Origin: Anaerolineaceae bacterium
GTDB taxonomy: Bacteria > Chloroflexota > Anaerolineae > Anaerolineales > Anaerolineaceae
Length of the DNA stretch: 64,000 nt
Direction: 5' to 3'
Assembly: GCA_040766895.1 (NCBI GenBank)
Contig: JAXGPR010000002.1
Location: forward strand, 16,991 to 80,990
Shown one piece after another: positions 56,379 through 64,000 of the stretch. The notes below the pieces were generated by a model that was not told the DNA's origin, made no database searches, and saw only the letters and a list, made by a program, of their open reading frames with translations. Both the position numbers and the translations under genes were made by a program. Positions within the stretch are counted from its first letter, which is position 1. The number at the start of each line of letters is the position of its first letter.

Positions 56379-57665
56379 ATGGACAAGTTCATCATTCATG
56401 GAGGGAAACCTCTAACCGGGACGATGGTCCCATCGGGTAACAAGAATGCTGCCCTACCATTGATGGCAGCTTGTTTGCTTACGGAAGAGCCTATTGTTCT
56501 GCATAATATGCCCAACATTACTGATACCCAGACGATGCGTAGACTGATGGAAAGTTTGGGCGTGCAAGTGCGGCAGATTGATGCTTCTTCTTATGAGTTC
56601 CTCGCTAAAGATATTCACCCTTCTGATCTTGACCCTGATCTTTGCAGGCAGATTCGTGCCTCTATTTTGTTGGCTGGACCAATGCTCGCACGCTCAGGGG
56701 AGCTCATACTTCCCCCTCCAGGTGGAGATGTGATCGGACGACGGCGCGTTGATACGCACATATTAGCGCTCAATAAACTAGGGGCGCTGTTTTCCTATAA
56801 TGATTGTTTTCACTTTTCTGCTCCCCAACTGAAAGGCGCTGAAATCTTGCTAGATGAAGCCAGCGTTACAGCGACTGAAAATACGATTATGGCAGCTGTT
56901 AAGGCTGAAGGGCGCACCATAATCCGCAACGCAGCCTCTGAACCACATATTCAGCAGCTTTGTCAGTTCCTCAATCTGCTTGGTGCCGATATCAAGAACA
57001 TCGGCTCGAACACACTGATTATTGATGGCGTCAAGGAGCTGCATGGCGGGGAGTTTACCATCGGCCCAGATTATCTCGAAGTAATCAGTTTTGTAGGCGC
57101 AGCTGTAGTGACGCGTGGCGAAATTCGGATTAAAGACGCTGGCGTCGAGCACCTCAAAATGATTCAACTTGTGTTTCGGCGCTTAGGCGTGGATTTCGAC
57201 TTTATTGGGGATGATGTGTGGGTTGGCTCCAATCAGCGGCTCGTCATAGAGCCAGATTTAGGCAATGCTATTCCAGAGATTAGCGTGATGCCTTGGCCAT
57301 CTTTCCCTACCGACTTGATGAGCATCGCGATTGTAATTGCCACGCAATCCATTGGCAGCATCCTCTTTCATGACTGGATGTACCCCAGCCGCATGTTCTT
57401 TACAGATAAGTTGGTCTCAATGGGGGCACAAATTGTGCTTTGCGATCCGCACCGTTGCATTGTGCAAGGCCCAACCCGCCTCAACGGTGAAAAATTAGAT
57501 AGCCCCGATATCCGTGCAGGGATTGCATTGGTTTTGGCTGCGCTTTCTGCCAAAGGCACCTCGGTTATCCGCAATGTAAGCCAGATTGACCGTGGTTATG
57601 AAAGTATTGATCAAAAATTAGCCGCGCTTGGGGCTGATATCGTTCGCGAGAATGGAAATAAATAA
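56379..57665 (+). CDS. murA: UDP-N-acetylglucosamine 1-carboxyvinyltransferase (Asp at the active-site Cys position)
   Basis: VPSGNKNAALPLMAA is present. The active-site loop reads PPGGDVIGRRRVDTH, with D117 (56727-56729) where Cys115 sits in E. coli MurA. Confidence 0.9.
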   Translation: MDKFIIHGGKPLTGTMVPSGNKNAALPLMAACLLTEEPIVLHNMPNITDTQTMRRLMESLGVQVRQIDASSYEFLAKDIHPSDLDPDLCRQIRASILLAGPMLARSGELILPPPGGDVIGRRRVDTHILALNKLGALFSYNDCFHFSAPQLKGAEILLDEASVTATENTIMAAVKAEGRTIIRNAASEPHIQQLCQFLNLLGADIKNIGSNTLIIDGVKELHGGEFTIGPDYLEVISFVGAAVVTRGEIRIKDAGVEHLKMIQLVFRRLGVDFDFIGDDVWVGSNQRLVIEPDLGNAIPEISVMPWPSFPTDLMSIAIVIATQSIGSILFHDWMYPSRMFFTDKLVSMGAQIVLCDPHRCIVQGPTRLNGEKLDSPDIRAGIALVLAALSAKGTSVIRNVSQIDRGYESIDQKLAALGADIVRENGNK

Positions 57666-57682
57666 AAAAAAGGGAGCTAATG

Positions 57683-57732
57683 GCACTGCGCCTTTCTGTC
57701 GGATTTTTTGTCCGACTTTTAGGGCGCAGTGC
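57683..57732. terminator. Nested hairpin between convergent murA and trxA
   Basis: Outer stem gcactgcgcc / ggcgcagtgc encloses inner stem tcgga-ttttttg-tccga. Confidence 0.55.
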
Positions 57733-57758
57733 ATAATGCTCTCTTTTTCTAATCGAGT

Positions 57759-58112
57759 TTAGTTCTTCTTGTGGCTGTTAACTACTTCCAAGAACTGATC
57801 GATGACCTCTCGCAGCATCGGCTCAGGTAACGCCCCCACTTGGCGATGCACCACTTTCCCGTCAGCGATCATTAACATCGTTGGAATACCTTCCACGTTG
57901 TACTTGCTTGCCCATTGTTGATTCTCATCGGTGTTGACCTTCGCTACGATGAGTTTATCAGCATATTCCTTGGCGATCTTCTCTAAAATGGGCGCAACCA
58001 TTCGGCAAGGACCGCACCAAGGTGCCCAAAAATCCACAATCACGGGGATGGGCGATTCCAGCACGGTCTTCTGGAATGCTGCATCAGTCACATTAATCGG
58101 TTCACTAATCAT
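57759..58112 (-). CDS. trxA: Thioredoxin
   Basis: WAPWCGPC active site, 117 aa. Confidence 0.9.
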   Translation of the reverse strand: MISEPINVTDAAFQKTVLESPIPVIVDFWAPWCGPCRMVAPILEKIAKEYADKLIVAKVNTDENQQWASKYNVEGIPTMLMIADGKVVHRQVGALPEPMLREVIDQFLEVVNSHKKN

Positions 58113-58192
58113 TGATAATCTCCTTCAGTTAATTTCTGACGATAGTATACATGAATAATTTCCATGAAAAGTTTTAACCTTATTCAACTTTA

Positions 58193-58618
58193 TTACAACC
58201 CCAGTTTAATTCGCAAATGTGGGCCTAGAACTAAGATACCCACTATAACAGCGATCAGAGCAGCAAAGAGGACAGCGGCTGCAGCAACATCTTTACCCAC
58301 TTGGGCAAGAGGATGACGCTCGGGGCTAGCCATATCAACGATGCTTTCTAACGAGGTGTTGATAAATTCTGCTGTCCATACCATTCCGATCACTAAAAGG
58401 ATCGCCACCCATTCCATGCGCGTTAATTGCAGCCAAAAGCTCACTGCAATAACCGCAAGCATGACAACCGTATGGATCCAGGCATTTTTTTGTGTACGCA
58501 TAACATAGCTTAGTCCTCGGCTGGCATACTTGAAAGAGTTACCCCGAGAAATGATAAACAACTTTAGAGCTGAGGGCTTTTTACGCTGATATTGTTGATC
58601 TGGAACGATTGGATCCAT
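58193..58618 (-). CDS. dgkA: Diacylglycerol/undecaprenol kinase (DgkA family)
   Basis: NAWIH, TAEFINTSLESIVD, GKDVAAAAVL. Confidence 0.8.
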   Translation of the reverse strand: MDPIVPDQQYQRKKPSALKLFIISRGNSFKYASRGLSYVMRTQKNAWIHTVVMLAVIAVSFWLQLTRMEWVAILLVIGMVWTAEFINTSLESIVDMASPERHPLAQVGKDVAAAAVLFAALIAVIVGILVLGPHLRIKLGL

Positions 58619-58737
58619 GGCTTGCTCTCCTTTTCAGAAATCTGATAGGTCTGATCAAACATAATTATAAGGATAAACGAACTTTTGGTGGTTTTTAGTT
58701 TACGATATGAAAAAATGCGGTAAAATATAGGTCCCAA

Positions 58738-58809
58738 GCGGGTGTAGCCAAGTGGTAAGGCAGTAGCTTCCCAAGCTACCATTCGTGGGTTCGAATCCCA
58801 TCACCCGCT
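58738..58809 (+). tRNA. tRNA-Gly (anticodon CCC)
   Basis: GCGGGTGTAGCCAAGTGGTAAGGCAGTAGCTTCCCAAGCTACCATTCGTGGGTTCGAATCCCATCACCCGCT. Acceptor GCGGGTG/CACCCGC and anticodon loop TTCCCAA. Confidence 0.9.
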
Positions 58810-59056
58810 CTTTTGTTGCGGTTTCCAAATCATCATTAAGTTAATTGATTGAAATTTATTTCGTTTAGAGATTGGCTTCATTCAAGCATTTGAATAACCA
58901 ACATCTCCGGCTTTCACACTAATAAACTGTAAAATCGTAAAGATTGAAAATAAAGTAATTTATAATGGCTAGCAAAGCAGCGCGCATAAAGACACTCAGC
59001 CTCATTACGCGCGTAAACGGGAAGAATTGGCTGAATTATTATCTACTGATGTGCCG

Positions 59057-60133
59057 ATGAATAAGAAAAAATCTCTCTCTTTGCCAATTGCCCAGGCTTG
59101 GGCTGCAGCATTTCTATTTGCCTGCTCAACACCACTCTCCAAAATCTTACTGGGGGATATCGACCCAATTCCTTTGGCAGCGTTTCTATATTTTGGAAGT
59201 GGAGTAGGCGCCCTTTTGCTCCGTCTTCTCATGAAAACGCGCCACCCTCTGCAACAAACTGAAGCCAAGCTCACCCGAAATGATCTCCCTTGGTTGATTG
59301 GTGCTATCGGCTTCGGCGGTGTTCTGGCACCGATTGCTTTGCTGTCTGGGCTGCGCATCACCCCAGCTTCAACTGCATCTGTCTTGCTTAATTTCGAAGG
59401 TGTTGCTACCGCATTAATTGCAGCAGTTATATTCAAGGAAGCTGTTGGGCAAAGAGTCACTTTATCTATCATTCTCATCACACTAGCCAGTATTGGGCTC
59501 TCTTTTGAGGGCGGACAATGGGGGTTCTCACCTGGAGTTTTACTCATTCTCTTAGCAACCATCTCTTGGGGGTTGGATAACAACTTCACACGTAATATTT
59601 CGGAGCGCAACCCGCTCGATATTGTGCTGGTCAAAGGATTGGGAGCGGGCATTTTTTCTTTGATCCTCACCTTAATACTCGGCAAGCCTCTTCCCAATCT
59701 GAGTCACATCCTGATTGCAAGCACCTTAGGAGCAATAAGTTATGGGCTTAGTATCGCACTCATCATCTTAGCGATGCGCGGTTTGGGCTCTGCCAGAGCG
59801 TATGCCTGGTTTGGTAGCGCACCATTTATAGCTCTGATACTTAGCTTATTAATATTTAACGAGAAACCCCCTATCAGTTTATGGATTGCTCTGCCATTGA
59901 TGCTCGCTGGCGCTTGGCTGATGGCAACCGAACACCACAGCCACCTGCATGTACATGAGCCGATTGTGCACGAGCATGCTCATACCCACCCTGACCTACA
60001 CCATTCTCATGCCCATGCAGATTTAGATCCAACCCAGCCGATAACCCATAGTCACATCCACGCCCACGAAGCGCTTGAGCATGAACACGAACACACGCCT
60101 GACATTCATCACCGGCACGTTCATGCGAAATAG
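59057..60133 (+). CDS. EamA/DMT-family transporter with a His-rich C-terminal tail
   Basis: About 10 TM segments with a two-fold EamA-like repeat. The tail of 66 aa (59933-60130) contains 24 His. I prefer the ATG at 59057 (MNKKKSLSLP) to the TTG at 59027. Confidence 0.7.
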   Translation: MNKKKSLSLPIAQAWAAAFLFACSTPLSKILLGDIDPIPLAAFLYFGSGVGALLLRLLMKTRHPLQQTEAKLTRNDLPWLIGAIGFGGVLAPIALLSGLRITPASTASVLLNFEGVATALIAAVIFKEAVGQRVTLSIILITLASIGLSFEGGQWGFSPGVLLILLATISWGLDNNFTRNISERNPLDIVLVKGLGAGIFSLILTLILGKPLPNLSHILIASTLGAISYGLSIALIILAMRGLGSARAYAWFGSAPFIALILSLLIFNEKPPISLWIALPLMLAGAWLMATEHHSHLHVHEPIVHEHAHTHPDLHHSHAHADLDPTQPITHSHIHAHEALEHEHEHTPDIHHRHVHAK

Positions 60134-60177
60134 CATTGTTACTTAAGTAGAAAAAGGCGAACAGGAACCCTTATTGC

Positions 60178-60927
60178 CTATTCTACTTCCTTGGTCAAAC
60201 GGCGGTATTCGCAATATTCGCAATCCGGATTTGCCTCAGGGATAGTGTCGCTTTCCAAAATCGCTTTCATGTCCATCAGAGTGGGACTAACCCAAGAATC
60301 GTCCCCCTGATGAGTGAGAATCGTTAGCTCGAACTCAAGCTTGTTATCGAAAAGCTTGCGGTCCTTCAAAGCATTTGCAAAAACAAAATACCCCACTGGG
60401 GAGACCTTAAAGCCCATTTTCCTAAAAATCCATTGGTAAACTTCCATTTGACGCTTGTAGGACTGTTTAAATTCATCGTCTAAACTAATTTCACTGGCAG
60501 TGGAAGTGGCTTTGTAGTCTACTATGTTCAATTCTCCTTGGGGTGTGATCCAAACATCATCAATAATTCCCTGAACCTGAAAACCCGTTTGTTCATCCAC
60601 AACGGAAGCCCCCACATAATGGTAGACATCATCTCGCCAAAACGGCAAATCGGGATGAGAAAAAGGGACGGCATCAATGCCATATTGAACCATAATTGGG
60701 TGAGGTAGTCGTAGTTTTCGATAATAGTCAAATTCCTGCTTCAGAAGGTAATCAACTGCAGAATTGAGAGGCCAGCCTGGCATGGAAGGCTGAGCCAATC
60801 CAAGCTTCCTATCGAGATAAAAACAACGCGGACAGTTAATAAACAGGTCTATCTTAGATCGTGAGATTGCATAAGTATCGGAATTGTTTTCGTAGAGATT
60901 GCGCTTGCGCTGTTTATACTTGGTCAT
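60178..60927 (-). CDS. PD-(D/E)XK nuclease-family protein with CxxC...CxxC
   Basis: Nuclease core GIIDDVW...LNIVDYKA (D...D/E-x-K). Cys pairs NCPRCF (N-terminal) and DCEYCEY (C-terminal), reminiscent of Cas4/AddB-type cluster ligands. Confidence 0.65.
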   Translation of the reverse strand: MTKYKQRKRNLYENNSDTYAISRSKIDLFINCPRCFYLDRKLGLAQPSMPGWPLNSAVDYLLKQEFDYYRKLRLPHPIMVQYGIDAVPFSHPDLPFWRDDVYHYVGASVVDEQTGFQVQGIIDDVWITPQGELNIVDYKATSTASEISLDDEFKQSYKRQMEVYQWIFRKMGFKVSPVGYFVFANALKDRKLFDNKLEFELTILTHQGDDSWVSPTLMDMKAILESDTIPEANPDCEYCEYRRLTKEVE

Positions 60928-61043
60928 AGCCTCATCTCTCCTTTATCAGCTAGACGAGTTTTTCCTCAATTATACCTGGGGTGCATCAATAAAAAACAGC
61001 AGACTCTGATAAAGCCTGCTGTTAATTGCGTGTTGCTTTGATT

Positions 61044-62171
61044 TTACGCGAGCGCTTTTTTATACACCCGATGGTTCTTGTAAAACGTGCAGCCGAGGTT
61101 TTTCAGGTCTTTGCGCATTTGCACAGCAGTCTCAGCTACCTGGGTTAATTCCGCATGCTGGTAGCGAGGATTTGCAGTCACAGAATTGATCAGGATTTCA
61201 TAAATAAGCGCATTTCCACCAAAACCTTGTGCTTCAGGCAAAATGCCTATGCCATTAAAGTCGATCCAATTGGTTTTATTGATTTCCTGCAGAATACGCA
61301 AGATTTCAATTGGTCCTAACTTGCCATTGTTCTTTTTAAACGCTGCGGAGACATCCGGAAAAGGCAGCACAAATCCAACCACCTTATCGCCTTTGAGCAC
61401 CAATTGCAGCAGCTCGGGGATTACCAAAATGATGGCATTATCCACCACAAAGTTAATTTCGCGCTCGGTGAGCGGATAGTATTCCCAGTTATTGACGAAT
61501 GCACCATTATAGGCTTCGCGTATCTTGGGTGCCCATTTGCGGATTTCGGCTTTGTTCTTGAAGTTCTTTATGGTCAATGTGCCGCGTTTCTTGGCTATAC
61601 TAGCAGCTTTGGCAATCTTTTCCGGCACTTCAAGATGTTGTGGATCGATATAGCTAGAGACAAAGTCAACTTCCTTGATAAAACCGTAATTTTCGACCAA
61701 ATCGCGGTAATAAGGATAGTTGTAGTTCATCATGTTCATCATTTGATGATGCTCGAAGCCTTCGATTTGAATGCCATAACCATCTAGAGGACCAAAACCC
61801 TTTGGACCAACCAGCCGATCCATCCCGCGTGCTTTCGCCCATGCCACCACACGGTCAAAGAGCGCATTAGCGACCTCCTGGCTATTGATGCAGTCAAACA
61901 AGTAAAACTCAGCATCTTTGGTGTTGTGATAGGCGTTAAAGGGCTTATTTTGCAAGGCGGCAATGCGGCCCACAACCTTATCCCCATCCAGTGCTAAAAA
62001 GAAATCTGCATCCGAATGTTCATAATAAGGATGTTTTTTAGGGTTCATCATCGCATAGATATCACTTTTAATTGGTGGAGTAAACTGTGGACAATCTTCA
62101 TAGAGCTGATATTGAAATTCGACAAATTGCTTTTGCAGATTCTTGCTATTAACAGGAATAACGTTTACCAT
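61044..62171 (-). CDS. Hypothetical protein, possibly GNAT-like acyltransferase
   Basis: 375 aa. DGDKVVGRIAAL...FYLFD...RGMDRLVGP resembles a family of ~380-aa putative N-acetyltransferases. Weak call. Confidence 0.45.
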   Translation of the reverse strand: MVNVIPVNSKNLQKQFVEFQYQLYEDCPQFTPPIKSDIYAMMNPKKHPYYEHSDADFFLALDGDKVVGRIAALQNKPFNAYHNTKDAEFYLFDCINSQEVANALFDRVVAWAKARGMDRLVGPKGFGPLDGYGIQIEGFEHHQMMNMMNYNYPYYRDLVENYGFIKEVDFVSSYIDPQHLEVPEKIAKAASIAKKRGTLTIKNFKNKAEIRKWAPKIREAYNGAFVNNWEYYPLTEREINFVVDNAIILVIPELLQLVLKGDKVVGFVLPFPDVSAAFKKNNGKLGPIEILRILQEINKTNWIDFNGIGILPEAQGFGGNALIYEILINSVTANPRYQHAELTQVAETAVQMRKDLKNLGCTFYKNHRVYKKALA

Positions 62172-62334
62172 AATTTCTCTTTCTATTGCATAAATTTGTT
62201 AGTGATAGGCTGTACTAATCTGATATTATAAACCCACAAAACAAGCTTTCGTTACAGTTTTATCAGGCTTGCCATCACTCCATGCCTGATTTATAATCTG
62301 CCTGTTTTCAAATAAGCAGTGAGAGGTTTATTAA

Positions 62335-62892
62335 ATGATTGATGTGAATGAATTGCGCAAAGGTGTTACTTTCCAAGTGGATGGGGAGCTTTATAAAGTC
62401 TTAGACTATACGCACAATAAGCCAGGTCGAGGAACCGCTACCATCCGGGTGAAAGCACGTAACTTGCGCAAGGGTAATACGCTTGAAATGACGTTTATCT
62501 CCGGGGATCGTGTGCAAGATATCCAGCTGGATTACCACAATGTGCAATACCTTTACCGAGATGATAACTTCTTCTATTTCATGGATATGGATACCTTTGA
62601 ACAGCCTGCCATTCCGGCTGAGCTGGTTGGAGATTATGCCGGCTTCCTCAAAGGCGATATGGAAGTTAAGCTGACATTTTTTGGAGACGAACCCTTAGAT
62701 ATCGAGTTGCCGACCAGCGTCGATTTAGAGGTCGTCTCGGCAGAACCCGCAGCGCGAGGCAACACAGCCACAGGCGTCACAAAACAAGTCGTCACTGATA
62801 CCGGGCTGAAAGTCCAGGTACCCTCTTTCGTTGAGGAAGGCGATGTGATCCGCGTGGATACCCGCACTGGGGAATATATAACCAGGGTTTAG
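62335..62892 (+). CDS. efp: Elongation factor P
   Basis: MIDVNELRKGVTFQVDGELYKVLDYTHNKPGRGTATIRVKARNL is canonical EF-P. Confidence 0.95.
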   Translation: MIDVNELRKGVTFQVDGELYKVLDYTHNKPGRGTATIRVKARNLRKGNTLEMTFISGDRVQDIQLDYHNVQYLYRDDNFFYFMDMDTFEQPAIPAELVGDYAGFLKGDMEVKLTFFGDEPLDIELPTSVDLEVVSAEPAARGNTATGVTKQVVTDTGLKVQVPSFVEEGDVIRVDTRTGEYITRV

Positions 62893-62900
62893 CTTATAAA

Positions 62901-63230
62901 ATGAAAACACCTTATGGCAAGGAGTGCCGTTTCTTTTATGGAGATTATTACCGTGGCAGAAATTTTGAAGAGTGCCGCCTGCTCACAGATAGTGATAAAC
63001 ACCAATGGGAGCCTATTTTCTGTAAGAACTGCCCTGTGCCTGGCATTTTGATCAATAATGGCTGCCAGTATATGGTCCTGAGTGGAAAGATTAAAAGATC
63101 TCTTTTTAGTAAGCGCATTCAAGTGAGCGCTTATTGCACAAAGTCCCATAGCGAAGTTAAAGATCCGAACGTCGGCTGTGAAATTTGCCACCGGGAAATT
63201 TTCTCTGCGAGTTCTGATCCAAAATCATAG
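62901..63230 (+). CDS. Hypothetical Cys-rich small protein
   Basis: 109 aa starting 9 nt after efp. Nine Cys, including CKNCP and CEICH pairs. Confidence 0.45.
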   Translation: MKTPYGKECRFFYGDYYRGRNFEECRLLTDSDKHQWEPIFCKNCPVPGILINNGCQYMVLSGKIKRSLFSKRIQVSAYCTKSHSEVKDPNVGCEICHREIFSASSDPKS

Positions 63231-63298
63231 AGAATTCTAAGAAGTTACCCTGAAGATTAGACGATATTTTCGGTATAAAATGGGTGCTGATATAATAA

Positions 63299-64000
<702 letters not shown>

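Noticed and set aside
59005-59697. 230-aa minus-strand ORF overlapping the EamA transporter gene.
   Set aside because: It is antisense to a convincing multi-TM transporter ORF. Its translation is Ser/Arg/Pro-rich low-complexity sequence, with no start signal.

Overview
This 64-kb window is bacterial chromosome, mostly housekeeping genes on a moderately AT-rich backbone; a hand count of one 60-nt line in tig gave 40% G+C. I call about 60 protein genes and 4 tRNAs: Asp-GUC, Arg-UCU, Leu-UAG and Gly-CCC. There is no rRNA and no CRISPR array. All assignments come from reading motifs in the supplied translations; no database search was possible. Recognisable genes include scpA, rnc, smc, rpsF-rpsR, ftsZ, pfkA, prfB (with its programmed +1 frameshift), ftsY, rlmN, clpP, tig, a RelA/SpoT homologue, nusB, pckA, murA, trxA, efp and the 5' part of ftsH. 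There is also a set of alpha-glucan enzymes (GH31, GH57, a large GH13). The gene content suggests a Chloroflexota (Anaerolineae-like) genome: ftsZ without ftsA, Asp23-nusB, a Gram-positive-type SOS box and several leaderless-looking starts. That is only a guess.

The stand-out region is a GC-rich block at about 39.0-43.5 kb, with spot counts of 57-65% G+C. It carries a minus-strand three-gene operon:
- a RecA-fold-like protein without a Walker A motif;
- a 144-aa helical protein;
- a family-B DNA polymerase whose three exonuclease motifs lack their acidic residues and whose motif C reads YVDALW.

The operon sits behind a consensus TTGACA-16 nt-TATAAT promoter. The spacer is filled exactly by a 16-bp imperfect palindrome of the GAAC-N4-GTTC (Cheo/LexA box) type, and a second copy lies 29 bp upstream. 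The -10 hexamer abuts the first ATG, so the transcript is probably leaderless from the second ATG. I read this as a candidate SOS-regulated, PolB-based analogue of the ImuA-ImuB-DnaE2 mutagenesis cassette. It lies next to a ~540-bp AT-rich spacer and an intact tyrosine recombinase, which points to an acquired island.

Other observations:
- a ~325-bp imperfect direct duplication of the ABC1-kinase promoter and 5' end, which creates a 31-codon chimeric ORF;
- MurA with Asp at the fosfomycin-target Cys position;
- an RSH enzyme with HDILID in place of the HDxxED hydrolase motif;
- an EamA transporter with a tail of 24 His in 66 residues;
- a DUF1540-like protein with a polyacidic tail.
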